Notes: generated by a model from the sequence alone, not told the origin. 64,000 nt of DNA from Thermoanaerobaculia bacterium (GCA_035593605.1 DAOSWS010000013.1:3371-67370), one strand, 5' to 3'; positions 10,084 to 19,812 are shown, counted from the stretch's first letter. Numbers and translations: made by a program.

Positions 10084-10710
10084 TTATTCCGGGTGAGGGA
10101 TCGTCAGGCTCCGAAGCTTGCCGCAGACAAAAAGGGGTCCTGTTTGTGGATCGAGCATCCGGATCGCGGAGACGTCCATCAGGAAATGAACCGTGTCGCC
10201 AGGAAGCACGGAGGGCATCGGCCTGTTAAAGGGAATCGCCAGGTGGTATTCGATGGTCAGCTCTCCTCTTTTCACGATTGTAACCAGAAGAGCAGCGGGT
10301 TCTCCCCGATAGAGAGGGGCTGTGCCCGAGCTGACTACTTCACCGGGTATGCCGTATTGAATGGCGCATCGATCCTCACCCGACACGTACCATTCCTCTT
10401 CCTCCCCGATGGTCCGGTTGGGAAAGATACCGGCGACAGGTACATGCAGAACCTTCAGAGTCTTTCCGCAGAAAGAATTGATGGTGTCCTGCATGGCCTT
10501 CGTCAGATCCGTTGGGTCGGGGGAGTGGGCCTCCAGAGAGAGGTGAGTCAGGGGCCGCAGAAGATCGATCTCGGTTAGATAGGGACCGGCTTCGTCCTCC
10601 GGAAACGGTTGAGACAATAGAAGGATGGGAAGGAGAAGAAGCACAAGGATACCGATTCCATAATTCAACCCTGTCGGGATTCGTTGCTTCATCTTTCCAT
10701 CATACACCAT
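10084..10710 (-). CDS. Hypothetical membrane-anchored protein
   Basis: 208 aa. One N-terminal TM helix, then a soluble domain with no recognised motif. Confidence 0.3.
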   Translation of the reverse strand: MVYDGKMKQRIPTGLNYGIGILVLLLLPILLLSQPFPEDEAGPYLTEIDLLRPLTHLSLEAHSPDPTDLTKAMQDTINSFCGKTLKVLHVPVAGIFPNRTIGEEEEWYVSGEDRCAIQYGIPGEVVSSGTAPLYRGEPAALLVTIVKRGELTIEYHLAIPFNRPMPSVLPGDTVHFLMDVSAIRMLDPQTGPLFVCGKLRSLTIPHPE

Positions 10711-10736
10711 CCATCACACGCTGTAACGTACAATAG

Positions 10737-13256
10737 GTGTGGATGAACCCGGATAAACTGGAGATCGTAAATCTTTCGGAACTGGCGAAAAGGGATACCC
10801 GGGATCCCGGATTTTTCGGCGGAAAGGCGGCCGGTCTTGCCTCTCTGATTCGAAATGGAGCACGGGTACCGGACGGCTTTGTCGTTGAGCCCACATGTGC
10901 AGTCGTTGAGCAATGGTTAGAAATCTCTCGAGAATTTTTTCTGGAGCGGGTTCGCGCCCTATTGAAAAGAGGACCCGTGGCAGTGCGTTCTTCCGCCCCG
11001 GTCGAAGATTCACCGGAGCGATCCTATGCAGGCATCTTCGAAACCGTACTGAACTGCTCTACGGAGGAGGAAGTCCTGGTTGCGGCTTCCCGTTGCGTTG
11101 CCTCAGGGCAGTCTCCACGGGCTCAGGTATATGAATCTCAATCCGACCCCATTCCTGTGGGTATCCTAGTTCAATGCATGGTGGAAGCGGAGGTTGCCGG
11201 GGTCTGCTTTACCCGTGATCCACGGGGAACGGATAGAGCCTGTGTCGTCGAAGCCGTGCAGGGTGGGGGAGATTCTCTCGTTTCAGGGAAAATCTTACCC
11301 GATCGCTGGAGAATTTATCAAAACGGATTCGGGGAGGCGGAAATCCTTTCGGAAGAAAATGCGCATTTCCTCACCGGCGACCAGATCCATTCCCTCTATC
11401 AGGATGCCATGGATCTTACCCGTCATGCGGGATACGACCTGGACCTGGAGTGGGCCATCGATCACTCCGGAAATTTATGGTGGCTTCAGGCCCGACCGAT
11501 CACGGTTTCCATGAAACAGCAGGAAACGTATCGAGTGGAACGTTCATGCCCTGAGGCTGCAGACGGACCTGTGACGGTCTGGTCCAACTGGAACGTCCGG
11601 GAGACGATGCCTGAGCCCCTTCATCCCCTGACCTGGGACCTCTGGCGCCGGAGCATTCTGCCTACCGTGACCGAACATCTCAGCGGAGTTCAGAAAACAT
11701 CGCCTGTCTTTCCCCATCTTGCAGGACTGGACCGTGTCGAAGGAAGGATCTACTTCAACATGAATGCGGCTCTGGCAGCTCCGATCATCGGATGGATTAT
11801 GGAGAGGATCCTTTTCACCATGGATCCGGAACATGGAAAGAGAATCCAACCCCTCATTTCGAAGGGGATATTAAAACCGAGGAACCTGCCCGGTCATTCG
11901 ATTCAGAGATTACCGGGTCTCCTGCTGGCATCGTTGAAGGGATCGGCACGGTTTCTTCTGGCGGTTCGGCCGGGTAAGGCCATGAACTCCCTGGTGTCCG
12001 ACTCTCGCACAATACAATCCCGCCCTGCCATCTCAGGGTTGTCCAGCGAGGAACTGCTGGAGGAGATTTATCTCTGGGAAAAGCCCGGCACACGCCGAAT
12101 CCTTCTGGGACTTCAGATGGAAGGGCTTGCCATCGGGATGTTCCAGCTTGCCCGATATCTATTCCGGGACCATCCGGAGGCGCTTCACCTCCTGGCAACG
12201 GGAATTACCGCCAACCCCACGACACAGATTTCCCTGGCCATTGATGATCTTATCCATGAGGCCCGGCCCATGAAGGACCGGTTTCTGGACCATTCCACAT
12301 GGCAGGATCTGGAGTCTTCACTTCAGCAGGTGAATGATGGGAAACGATGGCTCACCTGTTTCCATGACTTTCTGCAAACGAACGGTTTTCGAGGACCCGG
12401 GGAGTTTGATCTTTTCAGTCCTCGATGGATCGAGGATCCCGATATGATCCTTTCCCTGATCCGCACCGGTCTTGCCTGCGAACCCGGTGAGACAGTACGA
12501 GACCGAATGGTGCGTCTTGGAATCAGGAGGAAAAAAGCAGTCGACACAGCGATTCAGGCGTCCCCTTTCTGGAAACGACCACTCCTCCGTATTTCTGCCG
12601 ATCTTGTGAACCGATTTATGCCCCTTCGAGAGGCACCCAAACACTATGGCATGGTTGTCTTCCAGCGAATCCGGCAGGCGGCCCTGGAGCTGGGAAAGCG
12701 TGGGGTGGATCGAGGCTGGATGTCTAAGCCGGACGAGGTCTTTTTTCTTTCGCTCCGGGAATTGGAGATTATGGCCCGGGAAGAGAAACCCCGGGAGGAT
12801 ATTCAGCAACGAATCCTGGAGCGAAGAAATCTTTTTACAGAGCAAAGAATGATTCACCCACCGGATATTCTCCGTTCCGATGGTGTTCCCGTACCCGGAC
12901 CGAAAATAGAGAGGGAAGGACGTCTCACCGGTATTGCCGTCTCTCCGGGTTCGGTCACGGGACCTGCACGGATTCTCTCCGATCCCGATCCGGAGAAGTT
13001 GAAAGAAGGAGACATCCTGGTCGTGGGCTTTGCCGACCCTGGTTGGACGCCCCTCTTTCCCAGGGCGGCGGCCCTTGTGGTCGAGGTTGGTGGCCTCATG
13101 TGCCATGCCGCAGTGGTCGCCCGGGAGCTTGGAGTACCTGCTGTTTTCTCAGTACCGGGAGCACTTGCGCGCATTACGGAAGGTCAGGTGATTCAGGTGA
13201 ATGGAACCGAGGGGTGGGTGGAGATTGAATCCGGGGGTCCGGCAGGTACGGTTTGA
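10737..13256 (+). CDS. PEP-utilising enzyme of the PpsA / rifampicin-phosphotransferase-like family (PPDK N-terminal ATP-grasp plus C-terminal mobile His domain)
   Basis: 839 aa. N-terminal FFGGKAAGLASL...VPDGFVV matches the pyruvate phosphate dikinase PEP/pyruvate-binding domain. C-terminal GIAVSPG...VVGFADPGWTPLF...GGLMCHAAVVARELGVPAV is a PEP-utilising mobile-domain signature. Confidence 0.7.
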   Translation: MWMNPDKLEIVNLSELAKRDTRDPGFFGGKAAGLASLIRNGARVPDGFVVEPTCAVVEQWLEISREFFLERVRALLKRGPVAVRSSAPVEDSPERSYAGIFETVLNCSTEEEVLVAASRCVASGQSPRAQVYESQSDPIPVGILVQCMVEAEVAGVCFTRDPRGTDRACVVEAVQGGGDSLVSGKILPDRWRIYQNGFGEAEILSEENAHFLTGDQIHSLYQDAMDLTRHAGYDLDLEWAIDHSGNLWWLQARPITVSMKQQETYRVERSCPEAADGPVTVWSNWNVRETMPEPLHPLTWDLWRRSILPTVTEHLSGVQKTSPVFPHLAGLDRVEGRIYFNMNAALAAPIIGWIMERILFTMDPEHGKRIQPLISKGILKPRNLPGHSIQRLPGLLLASLKGSARFLLAVRPGKAMNSLVSDSRTIQSRPAISGLSSEELLEEIYLWEKPGTRRILLGLQMEGLAIGMFQLARYLFRDHPEALHLLATGITANPTTQISLAIDDLIHEARPMKDRFLDHSTWQDLESSLQQVNDGKRWLTCFHDFLQTNGFRGPGEFDLFSPRWIEDPDMILSLIRTGLACEPGETVRDRMVRLGIRRKKAVDTAIQASPFWKRPLLRISADLVNRFMPLREAPKHYGMVVFQRIRQAALELGKRGVDRGWMSKPDEVFFLSLRELEIMAREEKPREDIQQRILERRNLFTEQRMIHPPDILRSDGVPVPGPKIEREGRLTGIAVSPGSVTGPARILSDPDPEKLKEGDILVVGFADPGWTPLFPRAAALVVEVGGLMCHAAVVARELGVPAVFSVPGALARITEGQVIQVNGTEGWVEIESGGPAGTV

Positions 13257-13264
13257 AACTGTGC

Positions 13265-15661
13265 TTACGTTATGGTTTTCACCCGGGATTTCAGGAGAAA
13301 ACGATAGATGAGATCGCAGTATCGATCCATCTGGATCTTCCCCTTCTCCGATACGGAATAGCGCCAGAATCCATAAAGCTTTGCCAGACGTACCAGTTTT
13401 TCCGTATAGAGATTCCAGGTGTACTGGTCCCGTATCCTGGCAACGCCCTTTTTCGATAGAGAATCCCAGAATTCATGATCCTTTTCCTGTTTTCGATGGA
13501 AGGCTTCAAGGGAACGGGCCATCAACTCGGATCTTGACGTGTTTAATAGATGGCCGTTCTCCCCGTGCTGAATAATTTCGCTGGGACCTCCGAACCGCGT
13601 GGCAAAGGTGGGGAGCCCGGATGCCATGGCCTCCAGCACCGTCAAACCAAAGGCTTCGAAAAGAGCGGGTTGAACAAAGATGCCTCTCAAATCTGCCATG
13701 ATTCGGTACGCCTCTCCAGCTTCTGCTTTTTTCAGAGTGGGAAGCCAGCGAAAGGACCCATGAAGATTGTAATGCTGAATGAGATCGTGGGCTCGGATGA
13801 TCTGATCTTTCTCCTCAGGGTCCGATGATTCTTCCGGATGAAGTTTGCCTGCCGAAAAGACGAGATTGTACTCTTCTCTGAGAAGACTCGATTGACCAAA
13901 GGCATCAATCAGACCCGTGATGTTTTTGATACGGTCAAACCGGGCGAGCGTAAATATGGGGGGTTTTTCCGGGTTTTCGAGATGCCCCAGGATTCTGTCT
14001 TCTTCTGATTGGAAAATCCAGTGGCGAAGAGATTCTGTCACGTGGGAGGTTCTTCGTTCCATTTCATAGAAAGGGAAATAGATCGCATCATCGACTCCGG
14101 GTGGGATGACGTTAAACTTTGGAGCGAAGAGATTGATCCCGTTGATCACCTGAAAGAGACCGGGAAGGGAAAAGTGCTGGTAGGATTCGTATTGCCCGAG
14201 TTCATCTTCTGTTCCCGCAATCTCCTGGTAGGTGGAGGTAATGATGAAATCCGATTTATTCATGGAAAGCATGTCGGCGGTGAACTGAAGGGAAAAGTGG
14301 TAGTCAGCCTCCATTGTCTTCCAGTAGAGATCCGAGAAGAGATATTTCGACTTTTCCAGAGCGTGGGCAATGGTGCACTGGATAACGTTTAATTTATCCG
14401 AAAGAAGCGTGGCAACGAGGTTTCCATCGGAATAATTACCGATGATCAGGTCCGGTCGTCCCTGAAACTCACTTTGAAGAAGGGGGGCCGCTTCCTCCGC
14501 AAATCGTTCAAGATAGGGCCAGACTTTGAACCGGGAGATCCAGGAGGGAAGAGTGGTGCCGTCCTCCGACCGGAAAGGAATTCGTACAATCCAGGCATGA
14601 TCAGTGTTCGCGACCTTCTCTCTGGGCAGATGGCAGGAAGTTTCTCCCGATTCGGGAATCAGGCGGGTCAGGATAAGGATTTTTGGTTCTACCTCCAATC
14701 CCGCCAGTCGGGTTTCCTCCTTGATGTGACGTTCGAGGGCCCGCACCTGATCCAGAATATAGATCACCTGCCCACCCGTATCGGGAAGCCCGAGAACATC
14801 TTCCTGGCCGAACCATCCATGCGGGGAAACGATGGCAATCCGGGAGATGAGCGGTGCGGGAACGCGGGAAATAAAAGCCTCCAGGAGGGTGTCGTCCGGT
14901 TCATTGATCAGATCCAGCAGAAGCTCCATGGACTCAAGAACCCGCCGGGCGGTGTTTCCCCATCCTGGTTCGTATCCCTGCCGCCTCAGTCGGTCTGACA
15001 GATTTTTCCAGGGTGTATCGGGATTCATGGTTTTTAACCAGTCCATTGTGCGGGGGAGAGTGGCATAGAGCTGATCGAAATCTGAAATCACGGAACCGTT
15101 GATCAGAAGCTGACGATCCCTGTGCGCGTGGAGTTTGAGAAATTTAAAGAGGTTAACGTTCCATTCCCCCGGATCCTGAAAGAACTTGCTGGACATATAC
15201 CGGTTCAGGAAACGAATGCCGTTCCCGATATTTTTTGGATCTTTCTGGGAGGGGGCATAGCTGTAAAACGGCATCATGTCGATTCGGAGAGGACCTCCGA
15301 ACGGACGTTCCGAGGTCAGGGTATCCTTTAGATCCAGGTAGTCCCCTGCCGAAATCTCTTCCATGAACTGACCGTCCGAGCTCAGCCGAAAAAAACGACT
15401 GCGCGCTCTGGTTTCACGAAATACGAGCGCAAGGTACTCTTCTCCGGTCACGATCTCCTGAATCCGATTCAGAAAAATCGCAACAGAAGACCGTTTCATG
15501 AATTGCGCGCTCTTTCCTTTCTCGTCACAGTACGTCTGAAATCCGAGCAGGATGTCATTTCGAAGGACAATCCGACCCGGTGTTGTGGCCATCCGGGCCA
15601 GAAAGGATTTAAGTTCGGGCAGGTCCCTGGGATTTAGATAGGCCGCGATACCATCACTCAT
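13265..15661 (-). CDS. Sucrose synthase (GT4, UDP/ADP-glucose:fructose glucosyltransferase)
   Basis: 798 aa. Colinear with bacterial sucrose synthases: SPHGWFGQEDVLGLPDTGGQVIYILDQVRALE, a GT-B C-terminal domain, EAFGLTVLEAMASGLPTFAT. Confidence 0.85.
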   Translation of the reverse strand: MSDGIAAYLNPRDLPELKSFLARMATTPGRIVLRNDILLGFQTYCDEKGKSAQFMKRSSVAIFLNRIQEIVTGEEYLALVFRETRARSRFFRLSSDGQFMEEISAGDYLDLKDTLTSERPFGGPLRIDMMPFYSYAPSQKDPKNIGNGIRFLNRYMSSKFFQDPGEWNVNLFKFLKLHAHRDRQLLINGSVISDFDQLYATLPRTMDWLKTMNPDTPWKNLSDRLRRQGYEPGWGNTARRVLESMELLLDLINEPDDTLLEAFISRVPAPLISRIAIVSPHGWFGQEDVLGLPDTGGQVIYILDQVRALERHIKEETRLAGLEVEPKILILTRLIPESGETSCHLPREKVANTDHAWIVRIPFRSEDGTTLPSWISRFKVWPYLERFAEEAAPLLQSEFQGRPDLIIGNYSDGNLVATLLSDKLNVIQCTIAHALEKSKYLFSDLYWKTMEADYHFSLQFTADMLSMNKSDFIITSTYQEIAGTEDELGQYESYQHFSLPGLFQVINGINLFAPKFNVIPPGVDDAIYFPFYEMERRTSHVTESLRHWIFQSEEDRILGHLENPEKPPIFTLARFDRIKNITGLIDAFGQSSLLREEYNLVFSAGKLHPEESSDPEEKDQIIRAHDLIQHYNLHGSFRWLPTLKKAEAGEAYRIMADLRGIFVQPALFEAFGLTVLEAMASGLPTFATRFGGPSEIIQHGENGHLLNTSRSELMARSLEAFHRKQEKDHEFWDSLSKKGVARIRDQYTWNLYTEKLVRLAKLYGFWRYSVSEKGKIQMDRYCDLIYRFLLKSRVKTIT

Positions 15662-17843
15662 AATGTTGAATCCCCTTCTTTGGGATTTTCACCAGACCAT
15701 AATGCGCAAGGCCTTCAAGGATACCTGCCGTATGGGGATTTTTCGCGAAATAGAGATTTTTCAGACCGCGAAGCCGTTTCATTTCCGGTGCATGGTTACC
15801 CACAACGATCCCCTTGAACCCACCCCTCAGCATGGCTTCATCGTTACCGGAATCTCCGCTGGTGATCATATGGGTCAGAGGGATGGCCCATTTTTTTCCA
15901 AGGTAACGGACAGCTTTACCTTTTGAGGCTCGGTAGGGAAGGATGTCCAGGAATGAGCCGTGGGAATGAATCAGGGTATATCGAAGGCGGCGTCGGGAGA
16001 GGGCGTGATGAACGGCTGCGATATTGTCCCTGGAGAAGTCCATGTAGTAACTGACCTTCAGTTTTCTTTGAGCCGGTTTTTCCTGGAGCTCAAGAAAGGA
16101 TAGCCCCTCCAGCGCTTCGAGCACGGCCTCTCGGTCCCATCGATGGGAGATGTGGGCCTCCCAGCCGGAGTCGCAGGCAAGATCTTTCCCATAGTTGATT
16201 TCGCTTCCCACGGAGGTGATCAGGACATCGGGTTGAGGAATGTGGTGTTCTTGAAGGTGTTTCATGGTGGATTCAAGGGTTCTCCCCGTTGCGATTCCGA
16301 ACCCCATGCGGGTTCGAAGATCCTGGAGAGCCCGGAGAAAAATTTTCAAATCGGACGGTTTTCCACCTGTGAGTGTGTTGTCGATATCGGTGATCAGGAG
16401 GTGGGAAAAATCTCTGAAGCGATCCGCAACGGGCTGGGCCTTGTTCTTCCCTTTTCCGCCTCTCTTTCGGCCTGATTTGCGAAGGAGCCTGATTTCTTTC
16501 TCGTACAGCCTGACGTGGGCATCCCATGTGTAGATTTTCCGGGCGTTGACGATACCGTTTTTCGAACAGGTACGCCACTGCTTCTCATCTACGATCAGAG
16601 TTCGAATGGCCCTGGAAATATCTTTCGTTGATGTTGCATCCACCAAGATTCCGTTCTTGAGGTTGGAGAGAATATCCTTCGGACCCCCGTCATGGGTGGC
16701 CACAACAGGAAGACCGCAGGCGGCCGCTTCGATAATTGTCAGTCCAAAGGGTTCTGTCAGGGCGGGGTTAACAAAGACTCCCTTCTTTTCCGCTGCAATT
16801 CGGTAGAGCTCGGGTACCTCCACCTCAAAGTCATGACGTTTGGGGATGGCCATCTTTCCATACAGGTCATATTTGTCCATCAGGAGAAGCATCTCAGTCA
16901 GGACATCCCGCTCATTATCCTCCATGGAGGAGATATCTTTTCGAAGTCCGGCAAAGATGGCAATGTTTGCCATGGCCTGAAGCTCTTTATCCTTTCCATA
17001 GGCCTCGATCAGTCCTCCGATATTTTTCCTTCGATCCGGCCTGCATAGGGCAAGGATTAACGGTCGGTCCGGGTGGAGAAAGAAACGGTCCAATTCATCC
17101 ATAAGCGAGGCATGTGCGACTCGATCCAGGTCCGTTCGCGCGGAATCTTCAACATAGGGAAAGAACTTTTCCAGGTTGAAACCGGGGGGAATTACGCAAA
17201 ATCGGGGAAGCGTTCCTCCCTCATACTGTCCGTACTGCTGTGTGGATTCCTGGCTGGTGCTCGTAATCACAAGATCGACACCGGTGAGGATTTTCTCCTC
17301 CATCGCAATGCGGTGGTCAATTCTGAATTTACGAATCATCTCCTCTCTTTTTATGCCTGCGGCAGCAAGCCTCATCTCCTTGGACCGCCCCAGAGAGTGA
17401 CCCGTAAAGACAAAAGGAACGCCAAAGTAGGAAGAAAGGCGCATGGCAACAATTCCTGCGTCGGCGTAGTGTCCATGGACAATATCGGGTTTCCGGCCTT
17501 CTCTTCGAGTGAAACGGACAACCCCGTCCACAAATTCTTCAAGGTGGGGCCAGAGATGTTCCTTGCGAAGATACCGTTTGCCTCCGCACCCGATTCGGAC
17601 AATCCTGCAGGAATCGGATAGATTTTCAACAGGTTGCGAATAGTCTTCGGATACGGTTCGATCCTGGATGCGGCGGGTAAAGAGATCGACCCGGGTCACG
17701 CCTGGAAGACGGCTGACGTGGCGGGCAAGATCGACAACGTAGAGGATCTGGCCTCCGGTGTCGGCATCGCGTCCGAGCTCGAGGTTTTCGCCCCGGATGA
17801 GTCCGTGGAGGCTGAACATCTGGATATACAGGGGTTCACTCAC
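15654..17843 (-). CDS. Sucrose-phosphate synthase with fused C-terminal sucrose-phosphate-phosphatase-like HAD domain
   Basis: 729 aa. N-terminal GT4 domain (DTGGQILYVVDLAR...EPFGLTIIEAAACGLPVVAT) plus a C-terminal HAD domain with intact DxDxT (LLITDIDNTLTG) and a SGDSGNDEAML motif III. Confidence 0.8.
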   Translation of the reverse strand: MSEPLYIQMFSLHGLIRGENLELGRDADTGGQILYVVDLARHVSRLPGVTRVDLFTRRIQDRTVSEDYSQPVENLSDSCRIVRIGCGGKRYLRKEHLWPHLEEFVDGVVRFTRREGRKPDIVHGHYADAGIVAMRLSSYFGVPFVFTGHSLGRSKEMRLAAAGIKREEMIRKFRIDHRIAMEEKILTGVDLVITSTSQESTQQYGQYEGGTLPRFCVIPPGFNLEKFFPYVEDSARTDLDRVAHASLMDELDRFFLHPDRPLILALCRPDRRKNIGGLIEAYGKDKELQAMANIAIFAGLRKDISSMEDNERDVLTEMLLLMDKYDLYGKMAIPKRHDFEVEVPELYRIAAEKKGVFVNPALTEPFGLTIIEAAACGLPVVATHDGGPKDILSNLKNGILVDATSTKDISRAIRTLIVDEKQWRTCSKNGIVNARKIYTWDAHVRLYEKEIRLLRKSGRKRGGKGKNKAQPVADRFRDFSHLLITDIDNTLTGGKPSDLKIFLRALQDLRTRMGFGIATGRTLESTMKHLQEHHIPQPDVLITSVGSEINYGKDLACDSGWEAHISHRWDREAVLEALEGLSFLELQEKPAQRKLKVSYYMDFSRDNIAAVHHALSRRRLRYTLIHSHGSFLDILPYRASKGKAVRYLGKKWAIPLTHMITSGDSGNDEAMLRGGFKGIVVGNHAPEMKRLRGLKNLYFAKNPHTAGILEGLAHYGLVKIPKKGIQHYE

Positions 17844-18777
17844 AGGATTCCTCCCAGCGGGACATCAGTTCATGATAAATGGAAGGGTCGTGCGGAATGG
17901 CTCCCCGAATTCCACATATTCTGGATGCGAATTCCGTCGCCCGGTGCAGTATGTTCTGAAACTTCCAGCGCCTCAGAATTCCAACCGCCAGAACTGCTGT
18001 GTAGGCGTCTCCCGCACCGACCGTATCCATTATGGGAACATCCCGTTCCGGGGATATGGAGAAGGTTCTATCGGAAAGAAAAAGATCGCTTCCCTCCGAA
18101 CCCCGGGTTCTCGCGATCCACGTCAGATCATACCGGGAAAGTGCGAAATAGGGGAAGTCCGATAAGGGTCCCGAGTACCCGGAACATTCTGCAATGATCT
18201 TCTCTTCTTCGTCATTCCACTTGACTCCATTGGATGCATGGAGGGAAGCAAGAACATGCTCTTTGGACCACTGTCCCTTTCGGAGGTTGACATCATAGAG
18301 AAGAAAGGTTTTAGGAGGGCGGTTCTCCCAGATGAGACGGGTCAGGCCGGCTCCACGCGGTGTCCGCTGGAGCAGGGTTCCGAAGCAGATAAGCCCCGGC
18401 CCGTTTTGAACGAGGCGGGAGAGGGTTGGAGTGTATTCCAGATAGTCATAGGCTTGATCGGTGAGGATGTCATAGGAGGGGATGCCTTTATGGTCAACCG
18501 TGACCAGGACCTGTCCGGTCGGGTAGTCTGGATCGATCTGAATCCCCTCCTGGGGAAAATTGAGATCCCTGAGGAGGGTGAGAATGTCTTTGCCGTCCGG
18601 ATCCTGTCCGACTCGGCTGAAGAAGGTGCAGGGAGTCCCAAATGCGCGAATGTGGCAGGCAACATTAAAGGGTGCACCTCCAGGACGTTTTTCATCTCCA
18701 AAGTGATCAAAGAGGACTTCCCCGAAGGTAAGCGCTGAAGGTGTTGTCTGGATTTCGGGCTCCACCGGGTAAATCAA
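17836..18777 (-). CDS. Fructokinase (PfkB ribokinase-family sugar kinase)
   Basis: 313 aa. N-terminal GEVLFD...GGAPFNVA and the C-terminal DTVGAGDAYTA PfkB signature. Overlaps the SPS start. Confidence 0.75.
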   Translation of the reverse strand: MIYPVEPEIQTTPSALTFGEVLFDHFGDEKRPGGAPFNVACHIRAFGTPCTFFSRVGQDPDGKDILTLLRDLNFPQEGIQIDPDYPTGQVLVTVDHKGIPSYDILTDQAYDYLEYTPTLSRLVQNGPGLICFGTLLQRTPRGAGLTRLIWENRPPKTFLLYDVNLRKGQWSKEHVLASLHASNGVKWNDEEEKIIAECSGYSGPLSDFPYFALSRYDLTWIARTRGSEGSDLFLSDRTFSISPERDVPIMDTVGAGDAYTAVLAVGILRRWKFQNILHRATEFASRICGIRGAIPHDPSIYHELMSRWEESCE

Positions 18778-18778
18778 A

Positions 18779-18991
18779 TTAAAGTATGACCGTGTACTGT
18801 AGAACCTTCTGAAGTTGCTGGCTCAGATGTACAAATTCCTGGTCAGTAAGAATCGTGCCCCGCTGGAAGGTAATCGAGGACTGTTCCAGATCGCCCCCTG
18901 CTGAAAATTGAAAGGTGATCTGGTCATCCGCGAGCAAGATCGATTCGACACGATCAAGATGAATAACCTGATTTTTTACCTTGACCCACAT
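18779..18991 (-). CDS. Small hypothetical protein (70 aa), stop adjacent to the fructokinase start
   Basis: ATG start downstream of an AT-rich putative promoter region. Its stop codon sits 1 nt before the fructokinase ATG. No recognisable domain. Confidence 0.35.
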   Translation of the reverse strand: MWVKVKNQVIHLDRVESILLADDQITFQFSAGGDLEQSSITFQRGTILTDQEFVHLSQQLQKVLQYTVIL

Positions 18992-19173
18992 GGTTTCCTC
19001 CTCATCTTAATAGTAAGACATTATTACTATTATACTCTGAAAAAGAATGGATTTCAAATTACCCTGGAATGTGGATTTACGATACATTGAAGTATTGATA
19101 AAGGTTATTATCTATATGAAATATATACGCGATATAATAAGGTGTATTATTACTTATGGATATTTATGTTAAT

Positions 19174-19203
19174 AACAAAAAAGGGAGACCGGAGGTCTCC
19201 CTT
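19174..19203 (-). terminator. Rho-independent terminator downstream of hsp20
   Basis: Perfect 8-bp stem GGGAGACC-GGA-GGTCTCCC followed by a T6 run on the minus strand (AAAAAA on the plus strand, 19176-19182). Confidence 0.75.
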
Positions 19204-19224
19204 TGGTTCAGGTGAAGGGGAGTG

Positions 19225-19674
19225 TTAGCCCTTGATGGAAATCTTCTTTGGCTTTGCCTCTTCGCATTTGGGAAGGCGGAGGGAGAGAACGCCGTCCTTG
19301 TAGTTGGCTTCGATTTTTTCCCGTTCCACCGGGCAGGAGAGGGTAAAGGCGCGGGTGAAGGATCCGTAAGAGCGCTCCACGCGATGAAAGGTTTCGCCTT
19401 CCTCTTCTTTCTGAAAGTTACGTTCGCCCTTGATGGTGAGGGTGTTGTCATTCAGCTCTACGGCGATATCTTCCTTCTTGACTCCTGGAACTTCCATGGA
19501 GACATGGATCGCATCCTTGGATTCCTTGATGTCAACGGGCGGGTAGAACGACAGTTCCCTGGATCCTTCGCGTCCCGAGGTAAACCAGTCGGAGAGGAAG
19601 TCATCAAAGAGGCGATCCATTCTGCCTCGAAGGGTTCCCACTTCATTGTACGGCATCCAACGTCTGATGGTCAT
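19225..19674 (-). CDS. Hsp20/alpha-crystallin family small heat-shock protein
   Basis: 149 aa from ATG 19674, preceded by an AAGGAGG RBS. Alpha-crystallin domain (PPVDIKE..., G/AxLxV-like block). Confidence 0.8.
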   Translation of the reverse strand: MTIRRWMPYNEVGTLRGRMDRLFDDFLSDWFTSGREGSRELSFYPPVDIKESKDAIHVSMEVPGVKKEDIAVELNDNTLTIKGERNFQKEEEGETFHRVERSYGSFTRAFTLSCPVEREKIEANYKDGVLSLRLPKCEEAKPKKISIKG

Positions 19675-19707
19675 GGCTATGACCTCCTTTCGTGTATTTT
19701 CACCCTT

Positions 19708-19736
19708 ACGATAATATCTGTTGTACAAAATGTCAA
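19708..19736 (-). promoter_or_regulatory. Putative sigma70-type promoter of hsp20 (TTGACA-N17-TATCGT)
   Basis: On the minus strand, TTGACA at 19736-19731 and TATCGT at 19713-19708, about 30 nt upstream of the RBS and ATG. Confidence 0.4.
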
Positions 19737-19761
19737 GTATGTGATACGTAAACGATAATAA

Positions 19762-19779
19762 ATATGATATATATCATAT
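19762..19779. promoter_or_regulatory. Perfect 18-bp palindrome ATATGATAT|ATATCATAT in the divergent intergenic region
   Basis: Seen directly. Located between the hsp20 promoter and the start of the 19813 gene. Confidence 0.4.
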
Positions 19780-19812
19780 CAAATATTAGGGTCAGGATAA
19801 TGTCGAAGGGAG

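Noticed and set aside
12318-13106. 262-aa minus-strand ORF inside the PEP-utilising enzyme gene
   Set aside because: Antisense shadow. The plus frame carries the PEP-utilising mobile-domain signature.
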